64,000 nucleotides of DNA from the NCBI GenBank assembly GCA_051294375.1, contig CM119266.1:17664087-17728086 (forward strand), read 5' to 3'. The DNA comes from Paraspadella gotoi (lineage: Eukaryota > Animalia > Chaetognatha). This document shows positions 14,901 to 27,049 of this stretch, piece after piece; position 1 is the first letter of the stretch, and the number at the start of each line of letters is the position of its first letter. A program made the translations under genes and the position numbers. The notes beneath the pieces are model-generated. The model was not told the DNA's origin. It saw nothing but the letters and a program-made list of their open reading frames with translations, and searched no databases.

Positions 14901-17900
14901 ATCCTGCCGCTGACCGACTTTGATTACGAGACGCAACTGGATGGAACGGAGACTGATTTGGCATCTTGGAACGTGCAGCTCTTCCGATCCATCACCGGGG
15001 AGTCCGCCATCTTCGATCTCGACAGAAAGGTTTGTGATGGTGGGGGGTGTGGCATGGGTTTGTGTTGTTGTGGTTTTGTGGTATGCGGTGGTGGAGCTGT
15101 GGTCACGGGACAGGGACAATATAAATAGTTCTCCCCCTCCCCAATTTTTTCTTTCTTTCTCTTCTCAGCACGGATTGCACATCAACAAAGGGGAATACCA
15201 AGAGAACTCCATCTTCCGGGCCTACGTGCAAATGATCCGCAACGCTGATCATTATATCTACATCGAGAACCAGTATTTCCTCGGGTCTTCCTTCAATTGG
15301 ACCGACAGCAAAGAGGCCGCGGTGAGTTGGGAAGAGATGTTAGGGGGCAAACCTTGCGGGACCCTCTAACGGGTCGATGGGCGGAAGCTTAAAATATCTC
15401 GGCGATGCTCGTATACCACAGGACGCGGGCAGCAGTGCGTCAACAGTTAATCCTTAACTCATGATAGCTGAGGGTTAGAAAAGGGTAATGAATCAATTAA
15501 ATAATTATCAATGACGAATGAATGAAAAATCACTGAATCTTTACTTAAATAAGACATTAATCAATGAATTGTCAGCTAGTAAACCGAACTTTTAAACTCC
15601 ATCTTGCCGCAATATCTTACGAGGAAATTTTTACCACTTATTTCCCCAACTGGCTAATCAGTAACAACGTACTTCCAAACCCTCTCTTCTCCCTCCACGG
15701 GCCGACCACATTTTAACAGCGAACTTTTCAACCCCCAAATTCGCCCATACAGGCCAACCACACTGTCCCCGCCGAGATCGCCCTCAAGATTCGCTACAAG
15801 ATCCTCCAAGGCGAACCCTTTGCCGCCTACATCGTCATCCCGATGTTTCCAGAGGGTGATCCGTCGACGGCGGCGTTGCAGGAGATTCTTTATTGGCAAC
15901 ACAGGTAGCGCTGGTCGTGGTGGTGACTGTCACGATTGATGTTGCTTAGTGATGTTGTTGTTGTAGTTTAAGTTGTTGACATTGTAATTATTGATGCTGT
16001 TGAATCTTAGATTCTAATTAATGTTGAAAAATGATGTTTATTTAATTTTTGTTATTATAAGGTTACTAATAGTAATAGTGTTGATGTTCTTGTTTTTAAG
16101 GTTGTTGTTGTTGATCCTGTTGTCAAGGTTCATTGTTTTCGTTTATTATGTTGCTGATATTGCTGCTGCTTATAATGTTTATATTCTAATGTTCCAATAA
16201 TTTTCGATGTGCAAACTTTTTCACAATTTTTTGATTTTTTGTCACGTCATGTTGCCTCATGTCACGTCGTATCACTCTCGTGTCACCCTCATATCACTTC
16301 ACGTCACCCTCTCGTCATCCTCGTCTGACATCCAACCCTCTTCCGGCCTTCAGAACGATGAGCATGATGTACCGGATCGTGGCTGACGCCATCGCCGAAG
16401 CCGAGATCGAAGCTAAACCGACCGACTACTTGATGTTCTTTTGTTTGGCGAAGAGAGAGGGCATCAACGACATCCCGGAGGACATCGGGCCACCCGCCGC
16501 GGGAACCAAGGCCGAACAGGTTTTGGGTTTTGAGGGTCGGGGGAAATAAATTGATTAATCATTTCAATCAATCAATAAATCGGTCAAGTAACGTGTTCTG
16601 AAATCAATGAGTTGATGCAATGTAATTATCTGACAAACGTTTATTCTTTCAATCATTAAATTAAATTATTTATTTATCCAAACACCTCGGTAAATAAATG
16701 AAATCAAATCAATACAGTCAATCGGTCAATCAACCAACTTGGGGAAATTAACTTATTAACTTATTCCAAATCAAATTAAGTCAAATCAACTGAATCAATC
16801 AACCGAATCAAATTAAATTTCAATCAACTCAATTAAGTTAAATCCTATCAAATCCAATTAATAAAAACAATCAACTGAATCGAATCAACTAACTTAATTC
16901 AATTTCAATTAACCCTAATTGAATCAAATCCAATAAGTTCAATCAATCAATTCTTGAATCAAATCTAAAATTTTCCCCCCGTTCCTCAGGTCCGAATGAC
17001 GTTGCGTCACCCCATCTACGTACATTGCAAGATGATGATCGTTGACGATGATTACATCATCGTCGGTTCCGCCAATATCAATCAGAGATCGCTTGGTAAA
17101 TCTGGAGTCTGCTTGCAAAGAGAGAGACTTAAAATGTCTCCTCGTTTGATGGACTTTTAAACGGGGACAGGTCCTTCACAATCTGTTATTTTTCTATCGA
17201 ATTTATTAGTATTTTTTCTCTAATAAAAAAAGGTAATAATCTACTTTTTTTATTACATTAATAACGGATTTAAAAAAAGAGTTAAAAAACTGTATTTTAT
17301 TTTAAATTGTACTTTTTGTGATGATAAGGATATATTATTATCTTCCTTTAAACCCTCTACCTTTATAGCTTTTCTTTTCCTTTTCATTCATATCTCAATA
17401 CATTAAACAATGAACAACCCTCATCCCATCCTACCTCCCATCCACACCCCTTCTTTTTCATATCAGGCGGGAACCGCGACAGCGAGATCGCCATCGGCGC
17501 CTGGCAACCCGACTATCAGCAAGAAGACCACGACGGCGAGCCGCGCGGTGCCGTCCACACATTCAGGATGGCGCTGTGGGCGGCGCACTTGGGCGGCGCC
17601 GACGATGCCTATCTCAATCCCGGCACCGCCGATTGCGTGGCCAAGGTGAGATCATACAGAGTCGGGAGGGTAAGGGCTACGAAATTGGGAGATAAAAGAT
17701 AAAAACATTCTCTAAATTAAATAAAGTTAAATTTAATTTAATTTGAAAACGGGCTCACATGCTCTTACATACAATTATGTAATTACTGGATAAGCAGAAT
17801 CGAATAAATGTCTAAATAGTCCGTTTTAAAAACTAGGAAATTTAAAAAAATCATTGCTAATTTTTAAATTACAAATTACAAACTTCAAACTTACAACTTC

Positions 17901-18144
17901 AAGGAGAATATTCAAATATTTACTATAAATTTACTGTACAGTAACGTATACTGCCTTATTCTCCTCTCGCCGGTCCCGCCTTCTCCAGGTGCAAGAAGTT
18001 TCGACGGCCTATTGGGATCGCTACAAGGAGGACGACCCCGAACACGAAGACGTCAAGCTGCTTCGGTATCCCGTCGATATCGCCGACGACGGGACGGTAG
18101 GGCCGCTCGAAGAGCCCTTCAACTGCTTCCCGGACACAATGTAA
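8318..18144 (+). CDS. C2-domain phospholipase D (plant C2-PLD architecture), 18 exons, ~847 aa
   Basis: Exons 8318-8506, 10032-10233, 10381-10564, 11665-11714, 11808-11825, 12283-12386, 12668-12800, 13351-13457, 13767-13901, 13998-14133, 14278-14406, 14785-15029, 15169-15321, 15753-15904, 16354-16519, 16990-17095, 17467-17645, 17989-18144 total 2544 nt in frame. Motifs: C2 ([24 protein letters not shown]), [28 protein letters not shown]1 [45 protein letters not shown]2 [18 protein letters not shown]-terminal LLRYP..FPDT. Confidence 0.93.
8680..8767 (+). mobile_element. Partial DINE-1/HINE-like (Helentron-type non-autonomous) element
   Basis: TTTAGTTGCGCCGC...CGCGGAG...CTTTTCGGTCGGTC...CTGTCCCACTTA matches the 5' part of the element at 27502-27830. 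Confidence 0.5.
11890..12016. mobile_element. Small foldback/MITE-like element around a (GTC)n tract
   Basis: Perfect 18-bp inverted repeat CAAAGCGATTGCGACGAT (11890-11907) / ATCGTCGCAATCGCTTTG (11999-12016). Confidence 0.55.
12979..13165. repeat. 62-bp tandem minisatellite, ~3 copies, in a PLD intron
   Basis: CATCTCTTT..CATCTTTAAATCAGTCACGTTATCTT starts at 12979, 13041 and 13103. Confidence 0.85.
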
Positions 18145-18964
18145 ATAACGCATTAGCAGAAATTAAAAATAATTATAATAATAATTATATTAATTATAAT
18201 GATAAAAGAATTATAACCCGTGATTTCAATTTGATTCCAGCGCTCCAGTTGTTGGTTGCAAGAGCAACTGTATGCCGGCAAAGTTGACGACTTGAGAACC
18301 AAGCAGACAACAAACAAGCACACTAGCAAGCAACAGCGAAACAGACGCAAAATCAAACGATCTACTAAAAATCGAAACTGAGATGAAATACGCGAATCTC
18401 CATTATTACGTATTTATCAGTTTTTGTGGGAGTCTTAATAGTCAAGTAGTTAAATAGTATTTCCTTTTTCCTTTGATCGTGCCTTATTTAGAAATTTTTA
18501 TTTCAGTTTTCTGTTGTATATTACGATTTAACCAGCGAAACAAAAACCTTGGTAGCTTCGTCTTGTCAAGGCGCGATCGCTTCTCTCGGAATGTGCATTT
18601 TTTAGAAAACAACGCACCTTTCATTTCCGTGAAAATTTATCTTTTTTTCCAATCCTGTTGTACTTAAAACTTTTTTTTTTTTGGTGTGTTCGTACTATTT
18701 TTTGTTGCCTTCTTACAATTTATACAAAAGTCTTATACACGGCTACATTGATTTTTTCTTCAATTAAAAAAGTACTTCGGTAGATAAGTGTACTCAAAAC
18801 TTTTGGGTGCTAGTTAACTATAATTGTTACGTGATGTGATGAAAAGCGAGATATAACCTTAATAATTAATTAAAACATGAACGTTAAACTAAAATAAAAA
18901 AATGTTCATATACTAAACAAAACTTTGTAGTGGTAGTATTTCATACCCCACTACTCGTCCGAGA

Positions 18965-19160
18965 ATCAGCAGCACCTATGGCGCCGGAGGTAGCACGAGC
19001 TCCTCCCAACCCAAAGGACTCGGGTTCGCGCCCTGCTGATTCACACAAGTAAAAGCGGGACGGGGCGTCTAACCCACCTGTAGTGTCGGACTACAGCCCG
19101 ATCCGAAGTTTGGGACCTTGTGTGCAACGGACGGTAAACTGCTCGCGGCATCGTCTTCCA
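18965..19160 (+). mobile_element. tRNA-derived SINE-like repeat
   Basis: A-box-like TGGCGCCGGAGG and B-box-like GGGTTCGCGCCC; diverged second copy at ~48467-48575. Confidence 0.6.
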
Positions 19161-20685
19161 CAACTTGAACAAAACCACCATTCAAAGAATTTTGCGATAA
19201 AATTTTACAAATTCAAATTCAGAATTCAGAATTAGTAAAAAACCACGGTAAAATTTATAAATATATGTAAATGGCTCACGCTGGAAAGGTTAATAGTTGT
19301 ACCTGTTTACCTGATTCTTACTCTTTAAACTAAAGTTTATTCCAATTTACATTTCTTAAGTTTTTTGTTTTTCTTTTGTTTCGTTTTTCTTTGCCAGATG
19401 ACACAAGTTTCGTTGTTGTTGTTGTTCCGGAAAATGTCGGCGCCCTCGCGATTTTAAGCGGAAACTGCAGAGAACAGAACGGAGGAAATGTTTGTTTTGG
19501 CTTTAAAATTAAATGTATATACTCTATTGCATGGTTATTACATACAAAACTCGTAATACAGTTATACATAGATAACCAAGATGGCGATTCAATGTTTTGA
19601 ATTGTCGTTATTAACAATGAGATTCGAAGAAAATCTTGATTTTTTTCGCTGTGTGGCAGTTTTCTATTTCTTTTAGTTCTTATGCCAAAAAAACTTTTGA
19701 TTTTGTAAATCATAGCAGCTCTCTTAATAATTTCATGTCATAACCAATTAATTGGAACTTGTGGTTTTATGATAGGCATCAAAATAGATTTGTACCTCAT
19801 ATTATTCGAAATCTTTATCCATTGAATTAATAATATTTCTTTGTTTTTATAGTTTTTTGTAATGTATCGCAACAGTATCAAAAAATTAATAAATTAATAA
19901 TAAGTGTAAATTAATTAGAAAATAAGTTAGGGGTAAGTTAGGGTTTGGGGCAAGTTAGGGGTAAGTTTGGGTTAACGGTAAATTAGGGTTAAATTTATAA
20001 TTAAATTGTTGTTTAAGTATACAATTAAAATTTCAAAAAAGAATATTTTAATATTAATAAATTTTAACAAATATAATAATAATAATATTTATAAAATAAC
20101 AGAGTATTAGTTATTATTTTATAACGATCATTTAATAATTCGGAGAGAGAGAAAGAGAGAGATATTAAGGTTAAAATTAACTGACTTTGGACAGGATTTG
20201 GTGGTTTAAGGCATCCATCACTCTTACAAGATAATGACATAGCAAGTCCCTGCAAAATTTTAATCAAGACTCTCTCATAGTCTTATTTATTTACTCCCAG
20301 TGTACCTGGCTTTCCTATCAATGAAGTGGAAAATATTTCAAAGAATGTTTCAATTGAATGAAAGTATTATGTTTAACTTAAGAAAATCGGTCCAGTCATT
20401 CCAGAGCTGTAGCACCTTAAACACAAGAGGTTAAAAAAATTTTTTTGCTCTATCAATCTGTTTCAGTAGTTTTAAAAAATCACTTCTTAGTTAGAAACGG
20501 ATAGCCACATATTAACCAAATTTGCACCCATATTCCTTTTTTCATGATGTTTTTGGGCGTCCTTTTTTTTTTTTTTTTTTGCACAGGTTTGTATATAAAG
20601 TTTTGGAGGACGGGGAAGATATGAAGGAAAAATAAAAACAGAAAACTAATGAAAGAAACGAACGCCTGACGGTCGAATAGACGCG

Positions 20686-23600
20686 ATGGACGGACGAGAC
20701 CAAAGCGAGGCCTGGTATCAGGCTTACGGCGGCGATCAGGGTTACGCTTACTTCTATTCTGACGATCGCTACCAAGCTAACCCTCAATATCAAGCGGAAA
20801 ATCAATATCAAACCAACGTCTCGTCTCCGATGGAAGCCCAATACCAGATGGACGGCCAATATCCGGCGAATGAGCAATACCAATCGCACCCTCAATACTT
20901 TTCTGACGCTGGGTATCCCGCGAACTCGAGCTCTCTCAACTACGCAGCCCCCGAATTTCATCCGGGGTCGAACCCGAATCCGTATTTCGCTTATTATGAT
21001 GGACCGCAGCTCCACTATCCCGAAGCCGCGTCGTCATCGTCGTCGCTTCGAAATAACAACAACAATAACACTCGTCAAAACAACCGCTCGGACAAGGTTA
21101 ATTTGTTTATAATTAAGTTCAGATGTACAAGTCTGTCTGTACTAATTAAAACTTAATAAAGTTATAATATTTATATAGCTTAGAATTGAAAATTGCCTTT
21201 TAGAGGTAAATTAAAAATATATACTGAGAAATGACGTAAGATGGTGGCGAAAATGGTTTAGCACAGAGCACAATAAATTTCAAATAATATTAATAATTAC
21301 AAAACTCAATCAACAGCGAAACGGTCATCATCCAAAACCAACGCCATTGATGACGGACGATGACGTAAATCGTCCGCGGATGACGGAATCGCAAAACTCG
21401 CGAAAGACTAGACCTGCGGCGGTAGAGGGCGTGTCCGGCCGCGTCGACGACCGCGTGGCGGATCTCTCGAGCCAGAGAGGTCGCCTAGAGGAAGCCCTGT
21501 GCCGTGGGACCTACGAGTGTATGGTCTGTTGCGTGCGTATCAAGCACGAGGCGCGTACATGGACGTGCGCCGCTTGTTTCAACATGTTCCATCTTCACTG
21601 CGCGCGGAAATGGGCCCGATCCCCTGCGGCCGCCGCCGAGTTGCCTCCGCCGCCGGACGTATCGCCGGATTTTCCGAGGACGATGGGTTGGCGGTGTCCT
21701 GCTTGTCGGCACATCGCCAAAGCTATCCCTCAGGAATATTTTTGCTTCTGCGGCAAAGTTAAAGACCCAGAGTTCGATAGGATGGAAACCCCGCACAGTT
21801 GCGGCGAAGTTTGCGGCAGACCGAAAGGTAAAGGCGGAAGTTTGTTGCATAGTTCCAAAACGAAATGCCCGCACATGTGTACGCTGCTGTGTCACCCCGG
21901 TCCGTGCCCCGCGTGTACGGCCTACGTCAAGCAAATCTGCGAATGCGGTAAAAAGGAAAAGAACGTCAAGTGCTCACAGGATGAGTCTATCAGCTGCGGC
22001 GAGATTTGCGACGAGATTCTCAACTGCGGAAAGCACAAGTGCGAGCGACTTTGCCACAAACCGCTCTGCGAGAAATGTCCTGAAGTCGTCGTCGTCAAAT
22101 GTTGTTGCGGAAAAAACTCGGAAAGTCACGAATGTTCTCCCACAGTCCCTTCGACTTTCACTTGCGACGAAACGTGCGGAAAGGCTCTTGGTTGTGACGG
22201 CGACCACAAATGCGAAAATCCTTGTCATCCCGGAGATTGCGGCTCTTGTCCTCTTCTCCCTTCCGTCGTAACTCATTGTCCCTGCGGCAAAACTCGGCTG
22301 GAATCCCTACCTCTCGCGGAGAAACGCAGCAGCTGCGGTGATCCCATCCCCGTTTGCGGCAGGGTTTGCGGAAAGGCGCTGCCCTGCGGCGACTTCAAGG
22401 CCAAACGCCACTTCTGTCCCTCGCTCTGTCACGAGGGCCCCTGCCCGCCCTGCGGACTGAAAAGCAACGTCCCTTGCTCTTGCGGCGCAACGACGCGCAA
22501 GATGGAGTGCAAGGAAATGCTGTCGACCGAAGGAAGATTCCTTTGCGATAGAAAATGCAACAAGAAAATGAGTTGCGGCAGACACAAATGCGGACAACCA
22601 TGTTGCTCCTTGAAAGATCACACTTGCAGAGAAAAATGCGGGAAAAAATTGAGTTGTCGACGACACAATTGCGAAGACCTTTGTCACAAGGGCAAATGCG
22701 AATCTTGTCCTAACGTTTCCTTTGACGAGTTGTCGTGCCATTGCGGCTCCTCGATGCTGGCGCCCCCGATCCATTGCGGCACTCGTCCTCCGCCCTGTGA
22801 AGAGCCCTGTCGACGAGTCCACGATTGCGTTCACCCGGTCTCTCACAGCTGCCACGCCGATCCCAAGTGTCCTCCTTGCCCGGTCCTCCTATCCAGGATG
22901 TGCATGGGCGGTCATCAAAAGCGCAACAACATCCCGTGTTATTTGAAAGAAGTTTCCTGCGGATTGCCGTGTAAGAAATCCCTGTCCGACTGTGACCATC
23001 TCTGCAAGAGGACTTGTCACAAAGGTCAATGCCAAGTAGCAGAGACGCCGCCCGAGGTCGCCGACGTGGATTTGACCCTCAGCGTGACGGCGGCGGCCAA
23101 ATCCTCCTGCAATCAACCCTGCTCGAATCCACGGGCGGATTGCGGGCATCCCTGCAACGCTCCCTGCCACGGTCGAACCACCTGCCCTCGAACCGTCTGC
23201 AAACTTCAAATTAAAGCCAACTGCGGTTGCGGTCGTAAATCGAAAACGATCGCTTGTCCCTGGGGAGCCAGTCAGGAGTCGCACGTCAGCTTCCAAAAGT
23301 TGACCACCGAAGTTCTGGCTTCCAAATTTAAGGACATGCGGTTGGGAAATGCCGTCGACATCAGCGACTTGCAATCCGCAGTTTCCGGTTTGAAGGTGAA
23401 GAACCTCCCCGCTTCCGGCGACGAAGCCGCTTCAACCCCGACGCCGGGGGCGCCGGCACGCAACGGAAACGGCGCCGTCATTTTGGAATGCGACGACGAT
23501 TGCCGCGCAATGGAGAGAAACAAACGATTCGCGGAGGCGTTGTCGCTTAACAACGCTGACTTCGCCAACAAAATAGATCCCGCCGCCGCGACTTCCCACG

Positions 23601-24118
23601 GCTACACTCCCTTCTTGAAAGAACAGGCGAGGAAGAGTCCTCAGTTCGTGGCTTCGATCGAGGAGAAAATCGTCGAGTTGGTCGCGGATGTCGCTTCAGG
23701 GAAAAAGCCGAAAACGACTCATTCCTTCCCACCGATGAAGTCTGTCCAACGTCAAGTCATACACGAACTGGCCGAAGCCTACGGTTGCGCATCCGTCAGC
23801 TATGACGAGGACCCCAAGCGGAACGTCGTCGTAACGGCGCGAAAAGAAAAGGCCGCCGCGCCAACTATGACGTTGACGGTGACGATTCAGAGAGAGATGA
23901 ACCCGCGCGGGCCCGTGCCGATCCCGCTCGGCAGCACCGAAGAGACACTGCGGTCCGCGCTCGCCGTCGAGAAAAGAGCCACCTCTTTGTCTTCGTGGGC
24001 ATTCACGGGATCGAGCGAAGGGAGGGAGAAGACGGCTGCGGTGAAAACTGCGTCAGTAGCGAAACCTGCCACGACGGCGGCGGCGCCCGTGGATTATTTT
24101 GATTACTTCGACGGATAA
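20686..24118 (+). CDS. NFX1: NF-X1-type zinc finger protein NFX1 (shuttle craft orthologue), 2 coding exons, ~1070 aa
   Basis: Exon 20686-21096 carries a PAM2-like motif SSLNYAAPEFHP. Exon 21317-24118 carries a RING/PHD (CMVC..WTCAACFNMFHLHC..WRCPAC), many NF-X1 Zn fingers (CGxHxCxxxCHxGxC) and an R3H domain (FPPMKSVQRQVIHELA). Confidence 0.95.
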
Positions 24119-24693
24119 AATGTGATTCTTAACGCGAATTTCGTTAAGGTTTATGAATTGGGGGTTGTCATTGGTTAAATGGTTGTGGGTTCTTTCCTTC
24201 TTTTTTAAACGATTGATCAATTTCGATTAGAAAAACTTTTTCTCGTTTGTTTTATCATTTAAAACTATGGCGGGGTTCCTGCTAGAGTTTTTTCTATGGT
24301 TAATATAATTAAACAAATATGAAGCGACTTTCTACGATAACCCGGTTGTTATTGTGATATAGGGGCTAATTTTAATTCGGCTTAAGTTTTGATATTTGCA
24401 AAGAAATTTGGCGAAGAAAATGGTGGTTACTTCGATCCCTACGATATTTGAGTCTTCCGAGAATTCTATTGTTGATTACCGAATAATCTCAGAATAATAT
24501 CTCGCGGTCGTGATTGCCCGTAATTCGCCTTTAGGTTTGCGTTGATTTCATAGGAACCTGAGAAATATATACATGTACTAATAACCAGTTAAGTTCGTTT
24601 TAGAAGATGTGATACGAAAACCAATTTAAACAAAAACAAAGCTCTTTTTTTCATTAATAATTCTTTAAACTTAAGAATTAAATCACAATAACC

Positions 24694-27013
24694 ATGGCGC
24701 AAAACGCTATGGTGAGCAAGAAGAAGAAGACTTTCATCGGCATGCCCGCTCCGCTGGGTTACGTGCCCGGTCTAGGTCGAGGCGCTTCGGGTTTCACCAC
24801 CCGATCTGACATCGGTCCCGCCCGCGAGACGGGCGACATCACCGACGACCGCCACGCCCCCCCGGGTGCCTCCCGCGTCGTCGTCGTCGACAAGAAGGAA
24901 GAACCCGAGGAGAACCTTAACGACACCAACTACGACGAATTCGCGGGATACGGAGGATCCATTTGCAGTCGTGATCCGTATGAGGAAGACGACAAGGAGG
25001 CGGACGCTATTTACGACGAGATAGACAAGAGGATGGACGAGAAACGACGCGAGAGGAGAGAGACGAGATTAAAGGAGGATCTCCTCAAGTTTCGACAGGA
25101 GAGGCCGAAGATTCAACAGCAGTTCTCGGATTTGAAGAGAAAGTTGGGACACATCTCCGACGAGGAGTGGCTCTCCATTCCCGAAGTCGGCGATGCGAGA
25201 AATAAGAAACAGAGGAATCCTAAGGTGGGTAACAGGGTTGGAGGGAGAAAAAGAGCCAGACTTTAAACTTTTCTCTTCCCAAGGCGGACAAAATTACTCC
25301 GGTGCCGGATTCGATTCTCGCCCATGCCGCAGCCTCCACAGGTTGGAAAAATGTCATTTAGGGAATATTAAATTATCTAATCTGTAATCCTTTAGGTAAT
25401 AATTGGTATTTAAAGCTCTGGAAAGCAACCCATTTTGCGTTAGTTTGATGCTTAACATATTCATTATTCTAAATAATAGTCCTTACTTTCCGAAGAATAG
25501 ATTAATTACGTTTGAACTGAGTAATTTGCAAGTACAGATAACAGAATTATTAAAATTAAATTTAACTGAATTAGCTTAAATTTCTTCATAGTTATGCAAT
25601 ATGCAAATTATATTAAGAATTCCTTCTTCGACGATTTTTTAGAAATGGCGTCGTCCATCGATGCTGGATCGGCCACGCCCTCTGGGTTCGCCACGGGCGT
25701 CGCCACCGCAGACATCGACATGAAGAAGATCGGACAAGCGCGCAACATGCTCATGGATATCAAGCTCAACCAGGTTGAAACAGAAGATATAATCTGAAAT
25801 ATTTTCCACTGTCTAATTTGTCCATGAATAAAAATAGTAATGTTTAAAAATTTATCTTGACTTTTACACAATACACATCATAAAATTGCTGTACTTACGA
25901 AACTTAATCCCTTAAAGCACTAATTATTTGCCTCAAACTAACACCTCCTCATTTAAGGTCTCCGACTCTGTAGCGGGTCAAACCGTTGTCGACCCCAAAG
26001 GCTACCTGACCGACCTCCAATCGATGCTGCCCTCTTACGCCGGCGACATCAACGACGTCAAAAAGGCGCGGCTCCTTCTTAAGTCCGTCCGGGAGACGAA
26101 CCCCAAACACCCTCCGGCCTGGATAGCCTCAGCGCGCCTCGAGGAGGTCGTCGGCAAATTGCAGGCCTCGCGGAATCTCATCATGCAGGCGGTGGAGGTC
26201 TGCCCCAAGAGCGAGGACGTCTGGCTGGAGGCTGTCCGCCTGATGCCGCCCGATCAGGCCAAGAGGGTCTGCGCCTTGGGAGTCACTAATTTGCCTGAGT
26301 CTGTCAGGATTTGGATTCGGGCGGCTGAGTTGGAGACGGAGGTTCGTTGAAAAGAGGAAGGGGGGCGATAATGTGATCACTCGAGTGGCCAAGAAAGTGG
26401 GCTCTGAAGAGGTCTCGAAATAAATACGTCGATTGGTAGTTGCTGTTTAAAATTTTTTTATGATTTAATAAAAATAATTATTTTTGGAGAGGTCCAGCTG
26501 TCGTAATAAAAAACAATTAAAAGTGAGGTTAAGTTTCTTTTTTCTCCATGCCCTTATAGCCGAAGGCGAAGAGAAAGGTTTACCGCAAAGCGCTGGAGCA
26601 AATCCCCAACTCTGTCCGTCTATGGAAGGCCGCGGTAGAACTGGAGGAGTTGGAAGACGCAAGGATCATGTTGAGCAGAGCGGTGGAGTGCTGCCCCACT
26701 TCGGTGGAGCTGTGGTTGGCGTTGGCCAAGCTGGAGACGTACGAGAACGCGAGGAAAGTGTTGAATAAAGCGCGAGAGAACATTCCCACGGACAAAGGTA
26801 AGACATATTAATTGTTGTATTTGAATAACTAACTTTATAATAATATTTATCGACAAATTAAGGTATCTGGATCACTGCGGCAAAGTTGGAGGAGGCTAAC
26901 GGAAACACAAACATGGTGGATAAAATCATAGAGAGGGCGTTGGCGTCTCTGCGCGCCAACATGGTCGAGATCAACCGGGAACTCTGGATCAAGGTCAGGA
27001 TAGATAAATACTA

Positions 27014-27049
<36 letters not shown>

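Noticed and set aside
8318-18144. PLD as plant or algal contamination
   Set aside because: It is contiguous with animal-type genes and shares their intron composition, AAG acceptors and repeat families.
19065-19120. Twister-like TAA..TCGG-ACTACAGC-CCGA segment in the SINE-like repeat
   Set aside because: The GC pseudoknot partner and downstream T1 pairing are missing, and it is not conserved in the second copy.
19927-19990. TTAGGG-like tract as an interstitial telomere
   Set aside because: Short and degenerate; better explained as a fragment related to the CCCTAA-bearing MITE family.
21485-24072. Many overlapping or antisense ORFs within NFX1 (and similarly VRK1, SCHIP1, PDS5)
   Set aside because: Shadow ORFs of GC-rich exons with no recognisable motifs.
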